Shown: piece by piece, positions 54,434 to 63,021 of the stretch
Layout of the letters: every line of letters begins with the position of its first letter
How positions within the stretch are numbered: position 1 is the stretch's first letter
Assembly: GCA_017468385.1 (NCBI GenBank)
Contig: JAFUIQ010000009.1
Span: 68,614-132,613, forward strand
Direction: 5' to 3'
DNA length: 64,000 nt
DNA from: Clostridia bacterium
GTDB taxonomy: Bacteria; Bacillota; Clostridia; Oscillospirales; CAG-272
Made by a program: the position numbers and the translations under genes
The notes under the pieces: model-generated
Told to the model about the DNA's origin: nothing
Database searches by the model: none
Seen by the model: only the letters and a program-made list of their open reading frames with translations

Positions 54434-55348
54434 ATGAAACATACGAACTACAGAATAGGTAAGGCAACCCAGGTCCAGCGGGAGGGAATATTGAAACATT
54501 TTCCCAAAATGAGTGAGGAGTTTCACAAAAACGTCGTGATTCATGTGGCTGTGGATGATCAGGAGCAAGTAATCGGCCGCATTATGGTCACAGAAGGAGA
54601 TGTGCCGTCACCGATCGGGGGCAAATGCTGGTGCATTAGCAATGTTTTTGTTCATCCGGATCACAGGCGGGAGGGGATCGCCTCCGCGCTGGTCAACCTT
54701 GTCAAAACGCAGGCAGAGGCGGACGGTATTGTTTACCTCCACGGTTCTGCCAATGCTTCCGTGGAGGCGACTATGTTTTGGCTCAATCAGGGATTTACGC
54801 TGAACGCGTACGGACGGAAGGGGGAAGATCCGCAAAATCCCCTGCTTTACGGGAATTATCACCACATGATGAGTTATCGCATGGACCGCACCCCCCTGTT
54901 CGTGGCCGATGCATCGGTGGTTATCCGCCCGGTTTCGGGGGACGGTATTCCCGGATTGATTGAGACGTACACCTACGACGTGAAGAAAAAAGAATTCTTG
55001 CTGAATAGGAAAGAGAATCTTTTCGGATTTGAAGCTGTCGGAGATAGTGGCGAGCGGAAGGGAGTTATCCTTGCCTGTCCGGACAGTATGCAGGCACCGC
55101 TGGACAGCACCCGATGGTGGATATTTTTGTTTGTGGAGCCGCCGTACCGAAGACAAGGCATAGGCCGCTCTCTGGTGCGGCATCTGTATCAATATGCACA
55201 GGGGAGAGATGTAATCCAGCTGTCCAACATAGATCAAACGGAAGAGCATATCGGATTCTGGTATGAGATCGGATTTGATATTTTCTTCTGGGATAAGAAT
55301 GCGCAGACGGGAAGACGGGCGACTACCGCCATGCTCCGTGTGAACTGA
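54434..55348 (+). CDS. Tandem-domain GNAT family N-acetyltransferase
   Basis: Two acetyl-CoA-binding motifs: VHPDHRREGIASALV and VEPPYRRQGIGRSLV. Confidence 0.85.
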   Translation: MKHTNYRIGKATQVQREGILKHFPKMSEEFHKNVVIHVAVDDQEQVIGRIMVTEGDVPSPIGGKCWCISNVFVHPDHRREGIASALVNLVKTQAEADGIVYLHGSANASVEATMFWLNQGFTLNAYGRKGEDPQNPLLYGNYHHMMSYRMDRTPLFVADASVVIRPVSGDGIPGLIETYTYDVKKKEFLLNRKENLFGFEAVGDSGERKGVILACPDSMQAPLDSTRWWIFLFVEPPYRRQGIGRSLVRHLYQYAQGRDVIQLSNIDQTEEHIGFWYEIGFDIFFWDKNAQTGRRATTAMLRVN

Positions 55349-55385
55349 AAAAAGCCGTGTGCTCCCCGGAGCACACGGCTTTTCT
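55349..55385. terminator. Bidirectional terminator between the GNAT gene and copA
   Basis: 13-bp stem agccgtgtgctcc / ggagcacacggct flanked by aaaaa and ttttc. Confidence 0.75.
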
Positions 55386-55386
55386 A

Positions 55387-57894
55387 TCAAATCACCTTAT
55401 ATCCGGCGGCTTCGATGATCTCCTTCAGCTTCGCGTCGGAGATGTCCTCCTTCAAGGTCAGCACCGCGGTGCCGCTTTCGTGGCTGACCAGGGCGGATTC
55501 TACCTCCGGCAGCTCTTCCAGCGTCTTCTTTACCCGTGCCTCGCAGTGGGGGCACATCATACCTTCGATTTTCAACGTCTTTTCCATAACCGTATCTTCC
55601 TTTCGAATTTGTTTTGCCTTGTTTTGACGGATCTTTCGATCCCGATCAGAGCGGCGGATGTTGACCAGATTCAGCCGCAGGGCATTGGTCACCACGCAGA
55701 AACTGGACAAACTCATGGCGGCGGCGCCGAACATGGGATTCAGCTGCCACCCAAACGCGTGAATGAACACGCCGGCCGCCAGGGGGATGCCGATGGCGTT
55801 GTAAAAGAACGCCCAGAACAGATTCTCGCGGATATTCGTGAGGGTTGCCCGGCTCAGCCGGATGGCGGCGGGAACATCGGACAATCGGCTCTTCATCAGC
55901 ACCACGTCTGCCGCATCGATGGCGATATCCGTGCCCGCCCCGATGGCGATGCCGGTGTCCGCCCGGGTCAGGGCGGGGGCATCGTTGATGCCGTCGCCCA
56001 CCATGGCCACCTTGCCTTCCTCGGTGAGGGAGCGGATCACCGCTTCCTTGCCGTCCGGCATGACGGAGGCGATCACCTCATCCACACCCGCCTCGGCCGC
56101 AATGGCGCGGGCGGTTTTTTCGTTATCTCCCGTCAGCATGATCACGCGGATGCCCATGTTCTGCATCTCGCGGATGGCCTGCGGGCTGTCTTCCTTGATT
56201 ACATCCGCCACGGCGATCACGCCCAGCAGGCGATCCTCACGGGCGAAGAACAGCGGGGTTTTGCCCGATTCGGAGAGGACATTGGCCGCATCCCGCATCG
56301 AGGGGGATATGGATGCCGTTTCTCCAATAAAGGCGGCGTTTCCGCCCAAAAGGGGGTGTCCGTCCAGCACGGCGGTCAGCCCCCGGCCAGGTAGGGCAGC
56401 GAAGTCCGATACATCCTCCAGCGGGAGATTCCGTGCGGCGGCTTCCTCCAGCACAGCCCGGGAGAGGGGATGCTCGCTTTTTGCTTCCAGAGAGGCCGCG
56501 GCGGTGAGCAGATCGTTTTCGCTCACCCCATCGGCTGCGAGAATGTCCGTCACCTTCGGCTCGCCGGAGGTGATGGTGCCGGTCTTGTCCAGTACGACGA
56601 TCTGTGTCCGGCCGGTCGCTTCCAGGGAGGCGGCAGTTTTGAAGAGGATGCCGTTTTTCGCACCCACGCCGTTGCCCACCATGATGGCTACGGGGGTGGC
56701 CAGTCCCAAAGCACAGGGACAGCTGATAACCAAAACGGATATGCCCCGTGCCAGGGCGAATCCCACGGATTCACCCACGAAAAGCCAGACGATTACGGTC
56801 ACGGCGGCGATGGCCATCACCACCGGCACGAAAATGCCGGAAACGGTGTCGGCGATTTTGGCGATGGGGGCCTTGGTGGCCGCCGCGTCGCTGACCATCT
56901 GAATGATGCGGGAGAGGGTGGTGTCCTCCCCCACCTCCGTGGCCTCGCACGTAAGAAATCCCGATTGATTGATGGTGCCGGCGGATACCTTATCCCCTGC
57001 GGATTTGTCTACGGGGATGCTCTCGCCGGTCAGGGCCGATTCATTCACGGCGCTCTCGCCTGCCCGGATCACCCCATCCACGGGAATGCTCTCGCCGGGG
57101 CGGACTACGAATATATCCCCCCGCACAACATCGCCCACCGCAACGGATACCTCCGCCCCGTCCCGGATCAATGTGGCGGTTTGCGGCGCCAGATTCATCA
57201 GTCCCTTCAGGGCATCGGTGGTCTTGCCTTTGGAGCGGGCCTCCAGCATCTTGCCCACGGTGATCAGCGTCAGAATCATGGCCGCGGATTCAAAATAGAA
57301 CTCGTGCAGATAGTGCATGGCCTGGGCGGCATCCCCCTGCGTCTGGGCGTGGGACATGGCGAACAGGGCATAGGTGCTGTATCCGAAGGCGGCGGCGGAG
57401 CCCAGCGCCACCAGCGTATCCATGTTGGGGGATCGGTGGAGCAGACCGCGGAAGCCGCTTATAAAGAATTTCTGATTGATGACCATCACGGCGGCGGTGA
57501 GGAGCAGCTGGCACAGTCCGATGGCCACGGGATTTTCTGCCAGGGCGGCGGGCAGGGGCCAGCCCCACATGGTGTGCCCCATGGAGATGTACATCAGGAT
57601 GGCAAGGAACGCAAGAGAGGAGATCAGCCGCCGCTTCAGAGCCGGCGTTTCCGTATCGGCGGGACTTTCGGGCGCGGCGGTTTTCTTGCCGCCCTCTCCC
57701 TTGGGGGATGCACCGTATCCCGCATCCCGCACCGCGGCGAGGATCGCCTCATCGGAGGCAGTGCCACGGACGCCCATGGAATTGGTCAGCAGATTGACCG
57801 CACATTCCTCCACACCGGGAACGGTGCGCACGGCCTTTTCCACCCGGGTACTGCAGGCCGCACAGCTCATGCCGGTGACGGAATATTGCTTCAT
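55387..57894 (-). CDS. copA: Copper-translocating P1B-type ATPase with HMA domains at both termini
   Basis: N-terminal GMSCAAC, TM CPC motif (SCPCALG), DKTGTIT and GDGINDAP. An extra C-terminal HMA follows (MEKTLKIEGMMCPHCEARVKK...). ATG 57894 has a GGGGGA SD. Confidence 0.92.
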   Translation of the reverse strand: MKQYSVTGMSCAACSTRVEKAVRTVPGVEECAVNLLTNSMGVRGTASDEAILAAVRDAGYGASPKGEGGKKTAAPESPADTETPALKRRLISSLAFLAILMYISMGHTMWGWPLPAALAENPVAIGLCQLLLTAAVMVINQKFFISGFRGLLHRSPNMDTLVALGSAAAFGYSTYALFAMSHAQTQGDAAQAMHYLHEFYFESAAMILTLITVGKMLEARSKGKTTDALKGLMNLAPQTATLIRDGAEVSVAVGDVVRGDIFVVRPGESIPVDGVIRAGESAVNESALTGESIPVDKSAGDKVSAGTINQSGFLTCEATEVGEDTTLSRIIQMVSDAAATKAPIAKIADTVSGIFVPVVMAIAAVTVIVWLFVGESVGFALARGISVLVISCPCALGLATPVAIMVGNGVGAKNGILFKTAASLEATGRTQIVVLDKTGTITSGEPKVTDILAADGVSENDLLTAAASLEAKSEHPLSRAVLEEAAARNLPLEDVSDFAALPGRGLTAVLDGHPLLGGNAAFIGETASISPSMRDAANVLSESGKTPLFFAREDRLLGVIAVADVIKEDSPQAIREMQNMGIRVIMLTGDNEKTARAIAAEAGVDEVIASVMPDGKEAVIRSLTEEGKVAMVGDGINDAPALTRADTGIAIGAGTDIAIDAADVVLMKSRLSDVPAAIRLSRATLTNIRENLFWAFFYNAIGIPLAAGVFIHAFGWQLNPMFGAAAMSLSSFCVVTNALRLNLVNIRRSDRDRKIRQNKAKQIRKEDTVMEKTLKIEGMMCPHCEARVKKTLEELPEVESALVSHESGTAVLTLKEDISDAKLKEIIEAAGYKVI

Positions 57895-57942
57895 ATATAA
57901 GCATCCCCCTTTCGTTGGGTGTAGTGTATTTCTTTCCCCATA

Positions 57943-57971
57943 ATTATATACCCGCGCCGCGGATTTTGCAA
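57943..57971 (-). promoter_or_regulatory. Consensus sigma-A promoter of copA
   Basis: On the minus strand: TTGCAA - 17 nt - TATAAT. Confidence 0.55.
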
Positions 57972-58057
57972 GAGGATGGGAAAAAGATTGCCGTATACGC
58001 CCCTTGACACTCCATGGGGGGATGTGATACAATAATGGTGCTTTTTATGACCCATAC

Positions 58058-58140
58058 GCTCCTGTGGTGGAATTGGCAGACACGCTGGATTTAGGATCCA
58101 GTGCGCAAGCGTGCAGGTTCGACCCCTGTCAGGAGCACCA
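58058..58140 (+). tRNA. tRNA-Leu (anticodon UAG), with encoded CCA
   Basis: Acceptor stem gctcctg/caggagc. D-arm gtggaattggcagacac. Anticodon stem ctgga/tccag with loop tt-TAG-ga. Long variable arm. T-arm gcaggttcgacccctgt. Discriminator A plus CCA. Confidence 0.9.
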
Positions 58141-58420
58141 TGCCGGCAGTGCCGGCTCCCAAACATCGGGTGGCGGCAGCGAAAGACTGAACTTCATCTC
58201 GCGAGGATGGAGTTTTGTTTTTGTCTTTATTCACTGCACCATGCCGGCAGTGCCGGCTCCCAAGAATCGGGTGGCGGCAGCAAAAAACCGAACTTCATCC
58301 CACGAGGGTGGAGTTTTGTTTTTATCAACCGCACCAGACCGGCAGTGCCGGCTCCCAAACATCGGATGGCGGCAGCAAAAAACCGAACTTCATCCCACGA
58401 GGATGGAGTTTTGTTTTTTA
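58135..58420 (+). repeat. Three tandem ~95-101-nt repeats, each starting with GCACCA (the tRNA 3' end) and ending in an intrinsic terminator
   Basis: Units start at 58135, 58236 and 58331. Each contains the GCCGGC-agt-GCCGGC hairpin, ctcccaaRMatcggRtggcggcagc, then cttcatcY...GGRTGGAG followed by TTTTGTTTTT. Confidence 0.85.
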
Positions 58421-58440
58421 TACCGTGTTGTCATGTAAAC

Positions 58441-58467
58441 AAAAACCTCGCCGCAGGCGAGGTTTTT
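58441..58467. terminator. Bidirectional terminator
   Basis: aaaaa-cctcgc-cgcag-gcgagg-ttttt. Confidence 0.7.
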
Positions 58468-58472
58468 CTATA

Positions 58473-59351
58473 TCACAAACTAAGGAACACCAGCGCCGCC
58501 GCGCCTATGCTCAACCCGATACCTTCTCTGAGACGGATTTTCTCTCCCATAAAGATCACGGAGATCAGCGTGGTCAGAATGAATCCGCCCGTGGCCTGGC
58601 CTGGATAGATAACGGAGGGCGACAGAGTAGTGGAGGCCAAAAAAATCACGAACAAATTCATCAGCGCGCTGCTCAGCCCCGCCGCCGCGGGATAGTACCA
58701 GGAATCCCGCACAATCTCCCGCCACCGCGGCGTGGGATTTTTTCGCGAGAGCAGGGCGCACAGACCCACCGACAATACCGACGCGGCCAGCATCATGGCA
58801 CTGCCATACTGTCCGTCAAAGGCCATTTGCTGGTATTTCTGGATAATGGAGCATCCCGCGTTTCCCGCGATCAGCACAAGCACATACAGCACCCACCGTC
58901 CAGTGACGCGCCGCGGAGAATTTTGCACATGTTTCTCCTTGGCAAGAAAGCACAGGTACAAGGACACAGCCAGCAGCAAAAGACCGATGACGGTAAACGA
59001 AGTGATCTTCACCCGCCAGAACACGAAGCCCCACAGGGATACGCAGATGAGGGACAATTGCTTGGCGAAGGCGGTGAGGGGCACGGGGCCGTGCTTCAAA
59101 GCACCGATCAGGCCGCAGATCGCCATAGTGAAGCACACGCCGTAACCGATGGAATACAGCAGGGCAGCGGGATGGAAGGACGGGTTTATCAGCGTGATCA
59201 CCGCCCAGGTGAGAGCGGCACTGCAGGCCACAAGAATATTGTATATGCCGTTGGCGTTTTGCCGCGCGGCATTTTTTCTATTGAAGCGCGTGCCCAGCAG
59301 ATTCAGCGCGGCGGAGCAGATCATGGCACAGGCAAGATACAGATACGGCAT
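58473..59351 (-). CDS. DMT superfamily (EamA-like) transporter
   Basis: Ten TM segments in two five-TM halves, with a C-terminal GEKIRLREGIGLSIGAAALVFLS-type EamA ending. Confidence 0.7.
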   Translation of the reverse strand: MPYLYLACAMICSAALNLLGTRFNRKNAARQNANGIYNILVACSAALTWAVITLINPSFHPAALLYSIGYGVCFTMAICGLIGALKHGPVPLTAFAKQLSLICVSLWGFVFWRVKITSFTVIGLLLLAVSLYLCFLAKEKHVQNSPRRVTGRWVLYVLVLIAGNAGCSIIQKYQQMAFDGQYGSAMMLAASVLSVGLCALLSRKNPTPRWREIVRDSWYYPAAAGLSSALMNLFVIFLASTTLSPSVIYPGQATGGFILTTLISVIFMGEKIRLREGIGLSIGAAALVFLSL

Positions 59352-59463
59352 GGGAACCCTCGGCGTTTTTTCTTCATTCTAACACAGAAGGGTGCGGATT
59401 GCAAGCGGGGAAATCTCCGGCAATTGATACAAAACGGACAAAAAGGTGTGCCATATTGTCCAT

Positions 59464-59630
59464 TTACAGCGGGTTCTTTTGTGTGGTATAATGTACACAG
59501 CATCCGGTGAACCGGACTTTTATGCTAACTTGCTGTGTACGCGAGCCTGCCGCGATGACGGGAACGTCATCGTTTCGCCTGCGGCGACATGCCGGCAGTC
59601 TCCAAGGTAAAACACAATGGAGGAATCTGT
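59464..59630 (+). promoter_or_regulatory. Promoter plus a ~138-nt structured 5' leader
   Basis: TTACAG-17-TATAAT (59464-92). Closing stem gtacacagca/tgctgtgtac (59493-502 and 59531-40) around tccgg-tgaa-ccgga. Hairpin gatgacg-ggaa-cgtcatc. ctgccg...cggcag. CUCCA (59600-04) is complementary to the UGGAG of the SD (59618-22). Confidence 0.4.
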
Positions 59631-60167
59631 ATGAAAAAGATTTTGTGGAATATTACGCTGGCATCGGCCGCCACTTTGGCTGCGTATATTGGGCTATTTA
59701 TTGTATGGGGCGCTATTTTGAGCGGTGTGGAGAACGAAACGCTGAGATTGTTCCTCATCTGCCTCATGACCAGCGCGGCGTGCGGATTTTTCCTTTTGTA
59801 TTTTCTGAAAATCCGAAATTCCGATGGGGAAAAGGAAGTGCTCGCGGATTATAAAGAATGTGCGTACAAATCTTTTTTCGACGATTTGAAGCGGATTCTG
59901 CGGCGGGAAGCGAAAACGCTGATCTCCCTCGCGGCCATCGTCATGCTTTGTTTTGCTGTCAATGCGATTACGGAACTGATCACCAAAAAGCCCACCGGAT
60001 CGCCTTTGACGTTTATTTATGTTTCCTTGTGTATCTTCAGCGCGATTCTCGGGGAATCCTTCATCGGCTACTTCCTGAGCGCGGTGATCACCTGCCTGTG
60101 CTATTTGATCGCGTTGCTTCTGTGGAGACGAAAGACGTATAACTACTGGATGAAAAACAAATCCTGA
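59631..60167 (+). CDS. Four-TM membrane protein, unknown function
   Basis: GGAGG SD before ATG 59631. Hydrophobic segments. Low GC. Confidence 0.6.
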   Translation: MKKILWNITLASAATLAAYIGLFIVWGAILSGVENETLRLFLICLMTSAACGFFLLYFLKIRNSDGEKEVLADYKECAYKSFFDDLKRILRREAKTLISLAAIVMLCFAVNAITELITKKPTGSPLTFIYVSLCIFSAILGESFIGYFLSAVITCLCYLIALLLWRRKTYNYWMKNKS

Positions 60168-60174
60168 GGTGGAT

Positions 60175-61239
60175 ATGGAACTGAAAGACAAACTGAAAGA
60201 ATTGCGCCTGTCCCGCAAGATGACCCAGGAGACGGCGGCGGAGCATTTGGGGGTCACCTCCCAGACCGTATCCAAATGGGAGCGGGGACTGCTCTCACCG
60301 GATATCGCCCTGCTGCCCAAAATTGCTTTGCTGTACCGCTGCTCCATCGATTCTCTTTTTTCCATGGATACGGTGTGGGGGATTGAGCACCGGGAGGAAT
60401 TTTTGAAGAAGATCAGCGCGTATAAGCAGCGCAACGACTGGGCCGGCGAATACGATGCATGGATGCGGGAGATCGAATTGAATCCGGATCACTACGAAAA
60501 CTATGTCGAAGTGATGCTGGCGGTGGTGCTGCGGAAAGATTTTTCCGACGATAAGGTAAACAAGATGCTGTCGCTGGCGGAACGGGTGGAGAAATGCTGT
60601 ACCGACGATACGCTCCGCAACGAAATGTACCGGGTTATGGTGGCGATCTGCGCCGAGTCGCAGGATGAGGAAATCAAGAAAAAAGCGGAATATTATTACA
60701 ACAAATTACCCTTTTTTATCCACAGTCGGGAAATGTACGCCCGCTATGTGATGGAAGGGGAGCCGTATTATCGCCAGGTGAAGGAGACGCTGACCTACAT
60801 GGTCAGCCAGGCGGAGGTGTCTGTGCGCCAACTGATCACGCCGGATATGCCGCCTCGGGAAAAGTTGTTTTATTACCAAAAGGCCGCCGGGCTGTACGAA
60901 GTTCTTCTGGACGGTCGGTACGGCGGTATATGGGAAGGAGCGCTTCTGTGGGATTATATGCACTGTGCCTCCTTGCTTGTGGAAATGGATCGGCTGGCAG
61001 AGGCCGACGCCTACATGGAGAAGATCTTTGCCGCGTGGGAAGGGCATTTGAACGCGAGGAAAAGTATACAGATATCGGATCTGTTATTCCTCAAAGGATA
61101 TCCCAAAATAAATCACCCGGGGATCAGTTTCACTCAGCAAATGCAGAAAATGCTGGAAGAACCCCGTCTGGCCCCGTATCACGAAAAAATCCAAGACTAC
61201 CTTGCCCGGTATTCCGAATATTTCAAGATCAAGATATAA
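60175..61239 (+). CDS. XRE-family HTH regulator with a ~290-aa helical (TPR-like) C-terminal domain
   Basis: LRLSRKMTQETAAEHLGVTSQTVSKWERG is an HTH_3 motif. Starts 8 nt after the upstream stop. Confidence 0.8.
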   Translation: MELKDKLKELRLSRKMTQETAAEHLGVTSQTVSKWERGLLSPDIALLPKIALLYRCSIDSLFSMDTVWGIEHREEFLKKISAYKQRNDWAGEYDAWMREIELNPDHYENYVEVMLAVVLRKDFSDDKVNKMLSLAERVEKCCTDDTLRNEMYRVMVAICAESQDEEIKKKAEYYYNKLPFFIHSREMYARYVMEGEPYYRQVKETLTYMVSQAEVSVRQLITPDMPPREKLFYYQKAAGLYEVLLDGRYGGIWEGALLWDYMHCASLLVEMDRLAEADAYMEKIFAAWEGHLNARKSIQISDLLFLKGYPKINHPGISFTQQMQKMLEEPRLAPYHEKIQDYLARYSEYFKIKI

Positions 61240-61242
61240 CGA

Positions 61243-61269
61243 AAAAAGCACCTCGCAAGAGGTGCTTTT
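61243..61269. repeat. 27-nt hairpin repeat, copy 1 (also a bidirectional terminator)
   Basis: aaaaagcacctcgcaagaggtgctttt is identical to 62675-62701. Confidence 0.85.
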
Positions 61270-61279
61270 CTTATGCCAT

Positions 61280-62584
61280 TCAAACGCCGAAGAACAGCCA
61301 GATGAAGATGTATGCGGGGATGATGGCCGCCAGCGTGAAGGGGATACCGATGCGGAAGAAGTCGCTGTTTTTGACCTCGTATCCTTCCTTCCGGAGGATG
61401 CCGATGCCGGCGATGTTGGCCGATGCGCCGATGGGGGTGATGTTGCCGCCCAGGGTAGCGCCGGATAGAAGTCCGAAATACAGAGGAACGGCGGCTGTGG
61501 CGGCATCCACGCCCAGGCCGGGAGCCATCTGCTGTGCCAGAACAGCGATAACCGGCAGCATGGTGGCCACGTAGGGGATGTTATCAATAAACGCGGAAAT
61601 CAGAACGGATGCCCATACGATGATGGTGTACATGAGGAACATATTGCCGCCGCCCAGATTAGCAAGCAGCTGACCCAGTGCCGCGATCACGCCGGTGTGC
61701 TTCATACCGCCGATCATGAGGAACAAACCTACAAGAAGTCCCAGCGTCTCAAAGTCGATATCTTTCAAAGGCTCGCCGATGGCGGCGAAATCCTTCTTTT
61801 TGATCAGGCTGTAGATCAGACCGATGGCCAGAACGGCACAGCAGATAAGACCGTTGATCTCATCCGGCAGGTTCCAGGTGTCGGGAGCGAAGGAGGCACA
61901 GATCAAAAGACCGATGGTGCCCACCAGCAGAGCGGTGGGAACATAGTCCGTAACCTGGGTACGCTCAGACGCTTTGGGGATGGGCGCCTTTTCCCTGCGG
62001 AACAAGAATGCCAGAATCAGTGCGGAGATCACCGCGCCCAATTCCACGGCAAAGAACATGCCGGGCTTGCCCTTGTACCAGAAGAAATCCATGAAACTCA
62101 TGCCGAGTTCCGATCCCAGCATGATGGCGGTGGTGTCGCCTACCAGCGTAGCCGCGCCCTGCAGATTGGAGGACACTGCGATACCGATCAGGAAGGGAAC
62201 GGGATTGGTTTTCAGCTTGCGGCAGATCTCCAGCGCCACGGGTGCTACCATGAGAACGGTGGCCACGTTGTCCACAAAAGCGGAGATCACGCCGGCGAAC
62301 AGAGCCAGGCACACGGCCGCCATCTGGACGTTGGGTACTTTTTCCATAATCAGATCCGCCAGCAGAGCGGGCATTTTGCTTTCAATAAACAATGCCACCA
62401 GGCCCATGGTGCCTGCTATCATCAGAAGCACATTGAAATCCAGCTCGCCGATCACGTTGCCCAGAGGAAGCATACCGGTGACGATGAAGATCACGCCGGA
62501 TGCCAGGGCAATCCACGGGCGGTACTTGCTGAAGGTCAGCATGAGGACATAAGTAATGGCAAACAGTATAATAGCCGGTAACAT
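61280..62584 (-). CDS. ArsB/NhaD (CitMHS-like) family anion/ion permease
   Basis: 434 aa, polytopic. Repeated motifs such as FLSAFIDNIP-like (VISAFVDNVATV / LISAFIDNIPYV) are typical of the ArsB_NhaD permease superfamily. Confidence 0.75.
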   Translation of the reverse strand: MLPAIILFAITYVLMLTFSKYRPWIALASGVIFIVTGMLPLGNVIGELDFNVLLMIAGTMGLVALFIESKMPALLADLIMEKVPNVQMAAVCLALFAGVISAFVDNVATVLMVAPVALEICRKLKTNPVPFLIGIAVSSNLQGAATLVGDTTAIMLGSELGMSFMDFFWYKGKPGMFFAVELGAVISALILAFLFRREKAPIPKASERTQVTDYVPTALLVGTIGLLICASFAPDTWNLPDEINGLICCAVLAIGLIYSLIKKKDFAAIGEPLKDIDFETLGLLVGLFLMIGGMKHTGVIAALGQLLANLGGGNMFLMYTIIVWASVLISAFIDNIPYVATMLPVIAVLAQQMAPGLGVDAATAAVPLYFGLLSGATLGGNITPIGASANIAGIGILRKEGYEVKNSDFFRIGIPFTLAAIIPAYIFIWLFFGV

Positions 62585-62674
62585 AAAAAAATCCTTTCTT
62601 GTCGGAAGGGTTGTTTATATCAGTATACCGCATAAAGGCATCTTTTGTCAATTCCTGACGACTATCGGGGAAAG

Positions 62675-62701
62675 AAAAAGCACCTCGCAAGAGGTGCTTT
62701 T
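62675..62701. repeat. 27-nt hairpin repeat, copy 2 (terminator of the DUF1622 gene)
   Basis: aaaaagcacctcgcaagaggtgctttt is identical to 61243-61269. Confidence 0.85.
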
Positions 62702-62703
62702 TG

Positions 62704-63021
62704 TCAGGATTTATGCTTCATCTCAAAATGGATCAAGAAGGAGAGCAGGGCGCGCAAAACGATCACGATGGCCAGAACGGTCAACTCCTCAAAATCCCGT
62801 ACCTGTACGGTTTTCAGAATCTCCGCCGCCATTTTGAACTCCAGACTGAGTGCCAGACCGTTGGCCAGCTGGAATTTGATGTCGTACCCATCCTTTTTGA
62901 TCAGGCCGTACAGATAATGCAGAAATGCGCCGATGGCGGATACCGCCACCACAAAGATACCGATCAGCTCACACAAGGGGATCAGTATGCCGAGAATAAT
63001 ACTTACAATATGTTCCAACAT
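62704..63021 (-). CDS. DUF1622-like small membrane protein
   Basis: 105 aa with three TM segments. The FQLANGLALSLEFKMAAEILKTV motif is recalled from the DUF1622 family. Confidence 0.65.
   Translation of the reverse strand: MLEHIVSIILGILIPLCELIGIFVVAVSAIGAFLHYLYGLIKKDGYDIKFQLANGLALSLEFKMAAEILKTVQVRDFEELTVLAIVIVLRALLSFLIHFEMKHKS

Noticed and set aside
57895-58040. A CsoR/CopY-type operator upstream of copA.
   Set aside because: I found only imperfect inverted repeats (acactcc...gggatgt). There is no convincing match to the CsoR GC-rich palindrome or to the CopY TACAnnTGTA box, so no site is reported.
58135-58420. Could the tandem repeats downstream of tRNA-Leu be a CRISPR array?
   Set aside because: The units are about 95-101 nt and directly abut each other with no unique spacers. 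Each ends in a U-tract terminator, and there are no cas genes in the window.
58064-58608. Track ORFs 58064-58438, 58111-58608 and 58215-59510 on the plus strand.
   Set aside because: They run through the tRNA-Leu gene and the three tandem repeats, so their repetitive peptide sequence is an artefact. They then continue antisense to the DMT transporter gene.
58058-59630. A possible integrated mobile element at the tRNA-Leu 3' end. The observations were the GCACCA repeats and a partial repeat-like 19-mer at 59589.
   Set aside because: No integrase, excisionase or other mobile-element gene lies within the window, and the intervening DNA encodes only a DMT transporter. I kept the idea only as one hypothesis within the repeat finding.
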